This document shows positions 12,766 through 27,520 of a DNA stretch of 64,000 nucleotides, piece after piece; the first letter of the stretch is position 1; each line of letters starts with the position of its first letter. Under the pieces are notes generated by a model, which worked only from the letters and a program-made list of their open reading frames with translations, searched no databases and had not been told where the DNA came from. The stretch covers positions 123,938,001 to 124,002,000 of the forward strand of contig OZ024743.1 of the NCBI GenBank assembly GCA_964016885.1, in the 5' to 3' direction. Source of the stretch: Eledone cirrhosa. Lineage: Eukaryota. Made by a program: the position numbers and the translations under genes.

Positions 12766-15260
12766 AATATAAATTACAGAATAATCAAAACTATGTTCAA
12801 AACATTTTATTGCTGACAATCGTTTCTTCCAAACTTTCGTTTGGAATCATCGGAGCACTAGCAAAGTTTAGACATATAATTAACCTCCTATTCCACAGAA
12901 CAATCGTAAAGATACATAGATGTTAGTGTTGTCATTAACAATGTCATATTTAAAGAGTGAAGATGATGTGGTCAGTATCAGTAGATGCGACAAAGATTAT
13001 AAAAGAATAATACAACAATTATATAGGAATTAAAGAAAGTTACTCGCAAAACGAGGACATTAGCAGTACATATGCAAGCGTATAGAAAGAGCGCAGAGGT
13101 GTTAGGCATGTACAGAATAACCAGGTAAGAAACAAGCAAATATATCACAGTATGGCAAAGGTATCACATAATACAATACAGGTATAAAAGCATATTAAGC
13201 AGACAGAGATGCTTGGGTATGAAAAGCAGTTTCTATGAAGTTTATGGTGGATGTAATGTGATAATAGTTCTGGTAATGTTCAAATGTGCATGTGTTGTGA
13301 GTATTAATAACAAGGTTTTCCTTCCCCTTACATTGGTTATATTTTAGTAAATGTTTATCAGTAGTTACAACTATGAATTGTATATTGGTCCTATTACAAT
13401 CTTATCAAGGGCTAGAGTTGTTCTGGGGTGATCTGTCTAACGGTTTAATTTCAGGAAGTGAATTAGAGATCTATATTAAGGGGAGCTAATGTGAAAGGGA
13501 AGGTAATTGGCGATTAATTTGTATATAAAAAGAAAGTACAGTTCTTTACAACTCCAATTAGTTAAATTCTATGTGTTAATATATAATATATTATGTTATA
13601 AGTGAATCCTTTTATATAATGCTATTTATTTTTAAATTTATATATTTAATTTTAAATACAATCTTTTTTCCCTATAATACCTTAAAGGTCTCATTTTATC
13701 ACTACCTACCCATATATTAATTAAATGAATAACATATTAGTAAGTTATAGTAGTTATATTAAATGGTGGTAACTTAATGTTTATTCCTAATAGTTATTGT
13801 AGAGTATAAGATTTGAGATAAATAGGAGGTAAGTAGAGGAATGAGCTGATCATAGAATGTGATGTTGTGGGGGTAATTATATGCTGATAAAACCTAGAGG
13901 TAAAGTGTTAACGGTGGTGAGGAATCCAGATCTGACATTGTTATATACTAGCAGCTAGGTTTGAAGTTGTGGAAAGAGTGTCGGTGGTAGTGTTGGTACA
14001 TGGAAAGAATTTCCGATTTTCTATTTAAGAGGTTTAGCTTAGAATAGATTATAGTGTGGGTCTCTAGAAGACAGAGGTTACATAATTTATTCGGTAGTTT
14101 ATACGATGCGATCTTATCTATTACTTCCCATTGAAGTGTATATGGTCTATTCTTAGTTTTCGGAGAGTGTATGTAGTTAGATAAAGAAGTGGAGTTGGCT
14201 AGATTGCGATTTTTGAAAGTGTGGAGATGCGAGTTATATCTCGTCTTGAAGCAGTTCGAAGTAGAACCGATATAAGTTTTTGAAGTGTTGTTTGTATTGG
14301 CTGTGCATGAGTAAATGATGTCTTTGATTAAGCAATTTTTTCCTAAGGGGCAAGTTCTATTTGTTCTGCAGTTACAGTTATTCTGGTTGTTTACTTGGCT
14401 GGTTAATATGTTGTGTAGATGCATGGTTGTTAGGGATAGCATTAGGGTAATGATGATTATCATTCTCATTGTTATTAATTTCATTAGTGCTATTACTATT
14501 ATTATTATTGCTACTAAAATTCTCTAGTACTATGTTGTTATGTAAGTTCACCCCCTGTTGCGATTTAATTAGTTGGAAATAATTATTAATCTTCCTTTTA
14601 TTACTACTAGCTATATGGTACGCGATGTTAGATGTTAGGTGTGGTAGAGTAAAAGATTTTAATGGTATTTTTATTGATAAGATTATGGTATTTGTGGCCG
14701 ACTGGGAAGTTTTTTCTAAGATTGAGAAGAAAGCCTTAGGCAAGTTGGTAGAGACGTTTAGATTGAAAGGGGGATTGAAAAATGTATTAGTTCTTCTATT
14801 TTTGCTTTTTTTGTAATGTGATTTGAGGTATTGTATATATTTCTGTTTATATTATTATTATTGGGGTGTTTATTCTGGTGCGAGTTAAGTTTGATATTAC
14901 CCTTCGTACTAGAGTTAGAGTGGCTAGTACTTTTATTACTTTTCTTCATGGCCATATTGTGAGAAATAATGTTGTAACTAGGTGATTTTATAGGTAAAAA
15001 TCTAATTTCATTTTTATGGCCTGATCGAGCTAAGGCCTCATTATAGTATTGGGAATTACTGTTAAATATAGTTTCATTATATGATAGAGTAGAAATTCTA
15101 TTTGATATTCCTTTAGTAATTCAGTTTATTATGGATTTAGGGTTGTTAGAGTTGGTAAAGTAGTTTTTCGTTAGATTTATGATAGGGTGTATATATTTTA
15201 GAGTCCAGGAAAAGGAAGTTAACCTTTTTAGTGTTTTTATCTAAGGTAATACTTAAGTCG
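12766..15260 (-). mobile_element. 5'-truncated Naiad-type PLE (RT thumb plus GIY-YIG, frameshifted) with 3' pLTR
   Basis: YNEALARSGH, FFNPPF, CNCRTNRTCPLGKNCL, IIY..YIGST, CNLC and LNRKSE motifs; HHR at 12811-12857. Confidence 0.92.
12811..12857 (-). ncRNA. Type I hammerhead ribozyme (CCGATGA core variant)
   Basis: tgct CCGATGA ttccaaac-gaaa-gtttggaa GAAAC gatt GTC agca, followed by ataaa. Confidence 0.85.
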
Positions 15261-15500
15261 TTACGATTGTTCTGTGGAATAGGAGGTTAATTATATGTCT
15301 AAACTTTGCTAGTGCTCCGATGATTCCAAACGAAAGTTTGGAAGAAACGATTGTCAGCAATAAAATGTTTTGAACATAGTTTTGATTATTCTGTAATTTA
15401 TATTCCGGCTCTGTAAAACATCTGATGTATTTACATCGAGCTATTTTTCTTACTGTTAATAAGGTGGTAATGAATTACTGACCTTTCCTGTTTATAATTA
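15261..15500 (+). mobile_element. Inverted pLTR copy capping the 5' end of the PLE, with HHR at 15313-15359
   Basis: 15261-15404 is the reverse complement of 12766-12909. Confidence 0.9.
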
Positions 15501-15665
15501 TATATAGTGTATATATAAGTATAAATAATATTATTATTATTATTATTATGCATATATCTATATATTTATTAAAATAACAGATTAAAGTTTAGAGAATATT
15601 TACACACACCCACACACACATATATATATACGTGTAATATACAGCAGAAAAACTTCAATTAACTG

Positions 15666-15754
<89 letters not shown>

Positions 15755-15807
15755 TTGTTTGTACAGAGAGAGGAGGAGGAGAGAAACTATGCAGACACGC
15801 ATATAGA

Positions 15808-15855
<48 letters not shown>

Positions 15856-16157
15856 GAAAAATGTTTGTAATAATCACGTGTGATATATGGAAAATATAAA
15901 TTAAAGGGTCACGACCCCGACTCGAATTCGCAATCCAGAAATAGCCGTCGAAACGGGGTCTTAAACATTTTCCTATATATATATATATCATAAATCACCT
16001 TTTTCCGTAGGCCTTTCCTAGGTTTTTGATATGTCCTTGACCAAGAAAGACACTTTTCGTTATTTAGTGTAGAGAACACTTAGTTTATTGCTTAGATAGG
16101 TTTTGTCATGCACACCTTAACACTTAAAAAACAATCTTTATCTTTGTCACTTTTCTT

Positions 16158-16243
<86 letters not shown>

Positions 16244-16284
16244 TCATATGTATATATATGTGTGTGTGTGTGTATCATATATAC

Positions 16285-16321
<37 letters not shown>

Positions 16322-16386
16322 CGTGAACCTAATACCAACACTATTCGTAACTGCACTCCTTGTTATTGTTTTTGTTTTGTACTTTG

Positions 16387-16428
<42 letters not shown>

Positions 16429-16834
16429 TCTTTCATTCTCGCACGCTTTTAAAACTGCATATTTCCTTGCTTCTATTCCTATTTTGGTATCTCTTTTTTT
16501 TTTTTTTTCACTATCCCATGCGTTCTCAATTTCCCTATTCGTGGCACTCTCTCTCTCTCTCTCTCTCACTCTCTCTCTCTCTCATTCGCTTTCTCTTGTC
16601 AAACATTTAATATTTCTTTCCATTTCCATTGGTTAAAAAGTAACCAGAAATCTGCTGTTAACGTATCCTATTAATGTAACACCTTTCACATTCTCTCCAA
16701 AGTTTCAACTATTATTAGGCTAAAGATAAACCAACACTATACATCTTTTTTTTCCGAGATAGCAAGAGAATATTTACGACCTGCTAGAAATAGATATCAA
16801 ATCACACTTTAAAAAAAGACATCGGGAATAATGA

Positions 16835-17041
16835 TTTCTACTATAGGCACAAGGCCAGCAATTTTGAAGGAGGTGACAGTCGATTAAATCGACCCCAGTA
16901 CTTACTTTGTTTTATCAACCCCGTAAGGGTGAAAGGCAAAGCTAACCTCAGCGGTATTTGAACTCAGAACGTAAAGGGTCATAACCCTCTGCCGGGAAGC
17001 AGAGTATCCGACACTCTACCGATACTGCCAATTCACCGCCC
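16835..17041 (-). mobile_element. tRNA-derived SINE family S1 (Nin-domain-like core)
   Basis: Head GGCGGTGAATTGGCAG, B box GAGTTCAAATAC, core GCCTTTCACCCTTACGGGGTTGATAAAA. Confidence 0.85.
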
Positions 17042-17364
17042 TACATTAGAAATAATGTAGCTTGAGTTAAAGTATCGAAAAAAATGAGTTGTCCTTACTA
17101 CAAGACTGTCCTTATCGCAAGCACACTCGCTCAGGGCTAACCCGTGGCTAAATGATATTATTTCCCATTTGATTTGTACCGACAATGTTTTACTATCCTA
17201 GCATTTCAAATAACTATTTTTAATAGCACGCTGTAGATGTAATTGTATGATTTACTGGTTCGTTAAGGTCATCATTTTCTAATGCGGCATTTCATCGCTA
17301 TCGTCTTGACTTCCCCTTTCCCCCTTCCACAATTCGAAAACTAATGGCTTAGTGGAAAGCATTA

Positions 17365-17553
17365 GGGCGGTGAATTGGCAGTATCAGTAGAGGGTTGGAC
17401 GCCATGCTTTCCAGCACAGTTACGTCCCTTTACGGTCTGAGTTCAAATCCCGTCGAGGTTAACTTTGCCTTTCATCCTTACGGGGTCGATAAAATAAAGT
17501 ACCAGTAATGCACTGAGATAATTGCTGGCCTTGTGCCTAACGTAGAAACAATT
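17365..17553 (+). mobile_element. SINE S1 copy. Others at about 19177-19365(-), 28810-28950(+), 40003-40190(-), 42055-42250(+), 42684-42770(+), 47935-48090(+), 48188-48372(-), 48500-48645(+), 55122-55312(+), 56565-56770(-), 58075-58275(-), 59536-59720(+), 63268-63492(+), 63655-63790(-), 63835-64000(-)
   Basis: Shared GAGTTCAAATCC..GAGGTTAACTTTGCCTTTCATCCTTACGGGGTCGATAAAATAAAGTACCAG..GGCCTTGTGCC..AGAAAC consensus. Confidence 0.9.
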
Positions 17554-17848
17554 AATATTCTAAATGTTAATTTATATGTTAACTTGTACCACTACGCACG
17601 GATTACATGCCGAATAACTGAACTCAATGACCGGACTAAAAGAGCCGAAATCACTAAGTGAACAAAACAGCTGAACAAGCTGGCCGAACTTAGTGACCGA
17701 ATTCAATGACCAGTCTAAATGGCTGAAAATAATTGGTCAAATAAAACGCACAAAGTGAAAAGCTAATGACCGATGGAATAAAGCATTGCTAATCGCCAAC
17801 TTCAAAGTGACAGGCTAGAGGTTTTAGATTAAATCGGAAGTTGTCATC

Positions 17849-17902
<54 letters not shown>

Positions 17903-18159
17903 CACTCTGTCACTCTCTCACTCACACATTTACCTTCTCTTCCTTCCTATTTATCAGCACAGTTATTTACGCTGTTATTGCATTTTAAGGACATTAACTT
18001 TCCATCTCCATCATTCATACTGTCACACGCATATTATCCAGCTAAATACACACACACATATATGTGCGTGTGTTTGTTTATTTGTATGTAACCATATATA
18101 TATGTGTGTACGTGTATATATATATATGTGTACGTGTGCCCACTTACATTAATATATAT

Positions 18160-18620
18160 AATATGTAAAAGTTCTATTTAAATTGTTGGGATACAACAAG
18201 CAAATATTTTTATAACTGATATAAAGCACTCAACAAATTATTGGAGTAAAAATACGATATTAACAAATGGAAACTATATTTATAAAACCATATTTATTTC
18301 ATTACACATATTTCAAGGACACCAAGTTAAATTATAGTGTGCTTTCATCAGATAAAATATAATATAGGGCAGTTTTATAAATAAATATTGACATACCCTT
18401 AAAGAATGCGACCATTTCTGTTGGGAGCTCCCGGATAGTGCTTCCGGGAGCTTCCAACAGAAATGGTCGCATTCTTTAAGGGCATTTCAATATTTATTTA
18501 TAAAACTGTTCTATATTATATTTTATCTGATGAAAGCACACCATAATTTAACTTGGTGTCCTTGAAATATGTATAATGAAATAAATATGGTTTTATAAAT
18601 ATAGTTTCCATTTATTAATA
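18160..18620. mobile_element. PLE pLTR family D palindrome with HHRs at 18295-18359 (-) and 18519-18583 (+)
   Basis: Homologous to 9748-10495; fold-back centre at ~18440. Confidence 0.82.
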
Positions 18621-18893
18621 TATCGTATATATATATGTATATATATAGAATGCCTTTTGTGAAAATCGGTCATGTGGAACTATTGTCATCTTGCCTGACG
18701 GTTTGAACCTTACAGAACCACCTGCCTCTTTGAGGTCAAATACCAACCTACTACCATCTACAAACTGACCAATGAGAATCAAGACTATTCCTGCTGACAA
18801 CATCAAATTATTCCTAACAACCTCATATGTCCCAAGGCTCTGATACCATCAACACTATACACACAGAGCTGGCATATCTAAGAACTGACTAAC

Positions 18894-18945
18894 TGCCTGA
18901 TGAGGTCATAGCCATTCAATGTCTATCATCGAAATATATATAGCA
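18894..18945 (+). ncRNA. Type I hammerhead ribozyme in a solo PLE-like 3' end (~18650-18992)
   Basis: tgc CTGATGA ggtcatag..ctatcatc GAAA tatat ATA gca, followed by ATAAA and then (TA)n ~45 nt later. Confidence 0.75.
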
Positions 18946-18988
18946 ATAAATAAAGGATTATGAGTTCATGCAATTGACTTATGTTTCG

Positions 18989-19027
<39 letters not shown>

Positions 19028-19043
19028 CATTAATATATATATT

Positions 19044-19696
19044 GATGTAAGTATGCATACGTACACACATATATATATATATATATTACATTAATATATA
19101 TAGTAATGTAAGTATGCATACGTACACACACACACATATATACATATGTACGCATGGGTTATATCGAACATTAATAATAATTGTTTCTACTTTTGGCACA
19201 AGGCCAGTAATTACCCAGTACATTACTGGTACTTTATTTTATCGACCCTGTAAGGATGAAAGGCATAGTTAACCTCGGCAGGATGTGAACTCGGACTGGC
19301 AAGGGCCGTAACTCTATACGTCAAAGCATTTCGTCCGACCCTCTACCGACATTGCCAATCCATCAATGCCCGATTCGTTTGTAAACAAACGTCCCTATTA
19401 AAGCTCTGCCTCTGCCGTGCCGGTGACCGATCGCTATCCGTTTGTTCAACACTGGCTTTGAGGAACAATCAACATGTTTCTGGGTCATTACCCTTCATCA
19501 GGACTGCATACCTCTCTGCCAATGTGTTGAACGGTTGAAAATATAAAGTATTTTCTTAAGTGTACATCGGCTGAGTAAGTAGCCTCATTTGCATACCGAG
19601 CGAGCTACAGCTGGCCATGCCGAATATTAAAAATAAAACTAGAATTTTATTTCTCGCCCTAGCACAGCTGATACATAAATGTAAGTATGCATACGT

Positions 19697-19700
<4 letters not shown>
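19044..19700 (-). mobile_element. Retrozyme-like subfamily A full unit with terminal direct repeat and a nested SINE
   Basis: ATGTAAGTATGCATACGTACACAC at both ends; homologous to 10562-11330; HHR at 19466-19506; octamer at 19587-19594. Confidence 0.78.
19466..19506 (-). ncRNA. Type I hammerhead ribozyme with extended stem I
   Basis: cagtc CTGATGA agggt-aatg-accca GAAAC at GTT gattg; palindromic stem III aacatgtt; flanks gttcaacac/gtgttgaac pair further out. Confidence 0.88.
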
Positions 19701-20280
<580 letters not shown>

Positions 20281-20291
20281 TATATATATGC

Positions 20292-20335
<44 letters not shown>

Positions 20336-20342
<7 letters not shown>

Positions 20343-20615
20343 AAAGTCTGTCTTAAGCCAGAAGGGTCATTTGGCCGGTGCTTATCCCCGGTTTCATGGC
20401 GTGAAGCGACTGTGAGTACAAGACTCCCCCCCCCCCTGGACAGGACGCCAGTCCATCACAGGGTTAAACCTCCAGCTATTGTTGGTACTCATTTTCAGTT
20501 GAGTATACTGGAGCAACGTGAAATGAAGTGTTTTGCTCAAGAACACAACACGCAGCCCAGGAATCGAACCTTATGATCGTAAGTCCAACACTCTTACCAC
20601 TAGGCCACGTGCCTC

Positions 20616-20617
<2 letters not shown>
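20336..20617 (-). mobile_element. SINE S2 copy
   Basis: Reverse complement of 2774-3012, with an intact GGTTCGATTCC B box. Confidence 0.88.
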
Positions 20618-20680
<63 letters not shown>

Positions 20681-20902
20681 CAGACACATATGTATATGTC
20701 TGTATGTATGTATATATATATATATATATGAAAAAATGGGGAGAAGAATACTGCAGGTTGCACATGGATAACATGTTATAAAATGAGTCCCCCATCAGTG
20801 ATTTGCCAACGATCATAGATATTTCATTGCATTACAAACCAGCACGAGTCCATCACATAAAAAAAAAAAGTCATATATATATATATATACATACAGACAG
20901 AC

Positions 20903-20977
<75 letters not shown>

Positions 20978-21004
20978 CAGACAGACCCATATGTACATAT
21001 ACAT

Positions 21005-21285
21005 ATATATATACGTGTGGGTTATATCGAACGTTCATAATAATGTTCGATTCGTTTGTAAACAAACGGCCCGATTTGAAGCTGTGGCGTGTCGGTGACC
21101 GATCGTCACCTGTTTGTTCAACACTGGCTTTGAGGAACAAATCAACATGTTTCTAACCTTAACCCAGAAACATGTTGATTGTTCCTCAAAGCCAGTGTTG
21201 AACAAACAAACAGGTGGCGATCGGTCAACGCCACGGCACAGCTTAAAATCGAGCTAGGGCGAGAAATAAAATTCTAATTTTATTT
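21005..21285. mobile_element. Subfamily A fragment folded back inside its HHR
   Basis: Arms ~21070-21154 and 21166-21252 are reverse complements; the centre lies in HHR stem II. Confidence 0.8.
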
Positions 21286-21601
21286 TTATATATATATATT
21301 AAGAAGAATAAAATGAGGTTTCACTCACATTGAGGTTCTTATTGATTAGGTTCAGTTACAAACGTCTCATAGATGGCTTGCTCAAGATTCATATTTGTAC
21401 CATAGACCCAACTCCAGCTCCAATCTGCTCATCAGACTTGTCAATCAAACAAAGCCAGAGAATCTCATCGCACGTAACATAATGAAAAATTGAATACATG
21501 TAAACAAAACTTTATCGTTTTTCTTAAATATATACACTCTACCTGCGCATCGAGTACTCCTTTCGGTACCATCACTAAGTAGTTCAATGAATCACATACA
21601 C

Positions 21602-21638
<37 letters not shown>

Positions 21639-21713
21639 ACACACATACATACATACATACATACATACATACATACATACATACATACATACAGACAGAC
21701 AGACAGACAGACA

Positions 21714-21746
<33 letters not shown>

Positions 21747-21880
21747 ACACCCACACACATACACACATACACACACATACATACATACATACATGCATAC
21801 AGACAGACAGACACACACACACACACACACACACACCCATACACACACACATACATACATACATACATACATACATACAT

Positions 21881-21928
<48 letters not shown>

Positions 21929-21966
21929 ACACACACACACACACAGACACACACACACACACACAC

Positions 21967-21998
<32 letters not shown>

Positions 21999-22039
21999 CT
22001 GATGAGAGCGTATATATATATAAGCAAAAGAGATATTCA

Positions 22040-22394
22040 ATTTGATGGTAATTCAACAAATATAAATGTTTGTAACTGATTCAGAGCACTCGACGAATTT
22101 TCTGGCGTATAATATTCAATGATATTAAATAAATGGAAACTATATTTATAAAACCATATTTATTCTATTATATATATTTCAAGGGTACCAAAACATTGGT
22201 ACGCTCTCATCAGATAAAATACAAAGAAAAACTTGAACCGTTAAGGTATCTTTTCTTGGTTATGTCAAAATTTATAAAACAAACTTTGTATTTTATCTGA
22301 TGAGGGCGTACTAAAGTTTTGATACTCTTGAAATATGTATATTAGAATAAATATGGTTTTATAAATATAGTCTCTATTTATTTAATATCATTGA

Positions 22395-22400
<6 letters not shown>
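22040..22400. mobile_element. Diverged pLTR family D palindrome with HHRs at ~22160-22220 (-) and 22289-22349 (+)
   Basis: tattttat CTGATGA gggcgtac..tactctt GAAA tatgt ATA ttagaata, plus its inverted copy. Confidence 0.75.
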
Positions 22401-22443
<43 letters not shown>

Positions 22444-22721
22444 AGAGTCAGGACCCCGACGGCTGAGCTCCGGCCGTTTCGACAGCTAGATCCGAACTGA
22501 GCTGGCTTACTCGCTCTACTACCCTAAGTATCGAGTACTCTGGTGCGTTATGGTCCACCTAGTATCTTACCACACCTTCTTTTTTCTTATGTTATTGTTA
22601 TGTACATATATATATGTCTCCCACCCCCACTTTCAAGCGTGAAACTAATAATAACATTTGTACTGCCTCTTCGCTTCCACGTTTTTTTTTTGTTTTCTGT
22701 TTACTGTCTTAACTTTAAAAT

Positions 22722-23027
22722 ATATATATATATGAATGTATATATAATGTATTTTGTAATACACTTTATGCTTAATTAAAAGCATTTTGAAGACCGTATG
22801 CTATTGTTTTAGAGTAGTGACAAACTCACTTACTTTAATCTCAGCAAACAAGGGGAGATAAGCCGACAAGGCCTTGTTTCGCATTTTTTTATGCTTATCT
22901 TGTTTGCTGAGATTAAAGTAAGTGAGTTTGTCACTACTCTAAAACAATAGCATACGGTCTTCAAAATGCTTTTAATTAAGCATAAAGTGTATTGCAAAAT
23001 ACATTATATATACATTCATATATATAT
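22722..23027. repeat. Inverted repeat with ~130-bp arms and ~45-bp spacer, TA-flanked
   Basis: 22722-22851 is the near-exact reverse complement of 22898-23027. Confidence 0.9.
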
Positions 23028-23325
23028 TGCTATTTCAGAGCTCCAATTCTATATAAATATATATATTGAGTATATGTTGGCTGTTTACCGACACCTCAGT
23101 ATGCAGCTTGGAGCACTCGACGAAGTATGCAGGCTGGTTTGTTTACTCCGGAGTAATGTAAAATAATATGATTCCAGTTCCTCAGAGAAATAACAACACA
23201 ACCAGGAACTGGACATATCGATGTATTGACGGAGTAAAACGCACGTCAATATATAGCAGTACATCTATAATTTATAATAAACGAAGCCAAATTTTACATA
23301 TTTGACTTAATTATTTTATATATAT

Positions 23326-23411
23326 TGTTATACTTTGGGAGGGTCATGTTGCCAATAAGAAACACACGCATGTGTTTCTTATTGGCAACATGACCCTCCC
23401 AAAGTATAACA
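23326..23411. repeat. Perfect ~40-bp-arm hairpin
   Basis: TGTTATACTTTGGGAGGGTCATGTTGCCAATAAGAAACAC followed by its reverse complement. Confidence 0.92.
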
Positions 23412-23471
23412 CTATCGGTTTCAACACACGTTTACAGATAAAGAATCTTGCTAAACAAATTCAGAAACGAA

Positions 23472-23499
<28 letters not shown>

Positions 23500-23503
<4 letters not shown>

Positions 23504-23786
23504 AGTATGCATGCGTACATACATATATATACGCTTGTACGTAGGGGTTATATCGAACATTAATAATAATATTCGATTCGTTTGTAAACAAACGGCCCGA
23601 TTAAAGCTGTGGTGTGTCGATGACAAATCGTCATCCATTTGTTCAACACTGGCTTTGAGGAATAATCAACATGTTTCTGGGTCATTACCTTTCATCGGGA
23701 CTGCATACCTCTGCCAATGTGTTGAACGGTTGAAAATATAAAGTATTTTCTTAAGTACACATCGGCTGAGTAGCCTCATTTGCATT
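23500..23786 (-). mobile_element. Subfamily A partial unit without SINE; HHR at 23663-23703 (CCGATGA variant); octamer at 23778-23785
   Basis: Close match to 19150-19595 with an empty AATAATAAT site. Confidence 0.8.
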
Positions 23787-25249
23787 CACTCTGCTGAGCA
23801 CTCGATGTTTAGGTTCACGTCAGTAACGAGGTGTAGAGCTAAACAGAGTGTAATATTATTGTATTATTATATATATATTTATATATATACAGTTGAAATT
23901 CATTCGGCTCATATAGGAGGCGATATATATATATGTATAAGATATATATATATATATGTAAAAGGTAAACAGAAATAACAACAAAATCGGTACAGTATAT
24001 GGAAGTAATATGTTAGGTTAACGCTTGAAATAGCAGGAAGAGAATCCCTTAATTGTTTTCCACTATTTGAACATCTTAAAGAGTGTTTCGGTTTTGAATC
24101 ATGGTTGATTGGACGATGTTTTCACACTCGCCATATTTAGACAGACAGACCCTATTAATATACATAAATTTTATGCAGAACGCTCTCAAGCATTTTCGCC
24201 TTATCCATTGTTGACATACATAGTTGTGAATAAATGTGTATAAAATTTTCAATTAACGTATATTTAAACTAGATGGGTAAATAGAAACCATAGGTAAACT
24301 GAAGTGTCAGCTCCTTAAAATCAGATTCAAGAAACTAGTTTTGTCTTCCATTAAAGTCTCATCATGGATAGTTTATCTCGCTTTTCAGCCGCTTGATTTA
24401 GCGCCATATAATAATATAATAAATGGAAGAGTGCGGGACTGTGTCCTGGATATATTTTTTTTATCCCGTTAGTAAAATAAGTTGGATTACTTTGAATAAA
24501 TAATGAATGAATATTACATAATTTATGTACTAAATTTCGTAGCTGTTGATTAAATACAAATATTCTTTTACATAATGATTGCTTATTTTAAGATTCACTT
24601 CTTTTAAAATTTTCAAATGTCTACACTTCCGGTTAACGTCCGTACGCTATATCATATCGCTTATATAGACGTTCATATATTTGCATCGTTATATAACGTT
24701 TATATTTCCGTCGCTAATTTTCTCCTTCTTCGTATTCATTACATTTCACCGTATTGCAGTTTATATATAATATCGTCTGTTTTTAAATGTATCATGGATT
24801 ACTTTACTGATTACAGAAAACAGTGTAACACAGTCTCTCTTCAATTTCTGTGCAGACTCTCTTCAATTTCTTCAATTTCAATTATTGTCAATTAATATTT
24901 TCTTTGAAGTATCATATCTACATGCATGTATATTTGCGTATAATATCAATATGCACACTACACATGTTAGTACAGTTAATAAATTATGACAGACTTTAAG
25001 AAACTAATATAATAGTACAAGGCTGACAACCAGGGACTATTACATACGGTGCTATTACAGCGTCATTATGAAAGTCGAGATAAAGCATCTATGGTGTGTT
25101 GTTAAGGACACACCATACAAGCCGTTTCTATTCTCATTTCTGGCTCCTATTTTCACAGCGGAAATAAATATATTTTTGAAACATATTGGTGAAACATATT
25201 GTATATCACTTCTGTATACGTATTTATTCGTATGCACGCTGTGTTGGTA

Positions 25250-25605
25250 CTAATGCCTGGATGTCCATCTTCTTCTATTATGTCAGTTGGTACTCCGTCG
25301 GTTACGACGACGAGTGTTCCAGTTAATCCGATCAACGGAACAGCCTGCTCGTGAAATTAACGTGCAGGTGGCTGAGCATTCCACAGACACGTGTACCCTT
25401 AACGTAGTTCCCAGGGAGATTTAGCGTGACACAGAATGTGACAAGGCTGGTCCTTCGAATTACAAATACACCTCATTGTTGCCAGCTGAGTGGACTGGAG
25501 CAACAGGAAATAAAGTGACTTGGTCAAGGACACAACTCGCCACCGGGAATCGAACTCACGACCTTATGCTCATGAGCCGAATACCCTAACCACAAAGCCA
25601 CAAAG
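25250..25605 (-). mobile_element. tRNA-derived SINE (family S3)
   Basis: Minus strand reads GTGGTTAGGGTATTCGGCTCATGA..GAGTTCGATTCCCGG, then GTGTCCTTGACCAAG and TTGCTCCAGTCCACTCAGCTG. Confidence 0.8.
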
Positions 25606-25984
25606 CCACAAAACCATACACCTTTTTAAAGGTATTGACACGTTATTCAACAGGCAAATTTATGTCAACATATTTGATGAAACGGACATTAAATAAAAAC
25701 AACTAACTAAAAATACGACCTTACGATTGAGAACCGAATACCCTAACCCCAAAGCCATGTGCCTTCTATTATGTAAATTTCATTATACTATTCATAATTT
25801 ACAAGAAGTTTTTAAAATTCGACCGCTGTATGGCGAAGTAAGCGATCCTTGGTGAGGTTTCAATGACTTTCGAAATTACTCAGTATGATTATCATTTTAA
25901 AGTGCCAACGCTTCTATAGTTTATCCACAGGGTATATTTCCCAGCAGGACTAAACATACGTTTATTAAAAACATATTGTATATA

Positions 25985-27520
<1,536 letters not shown>

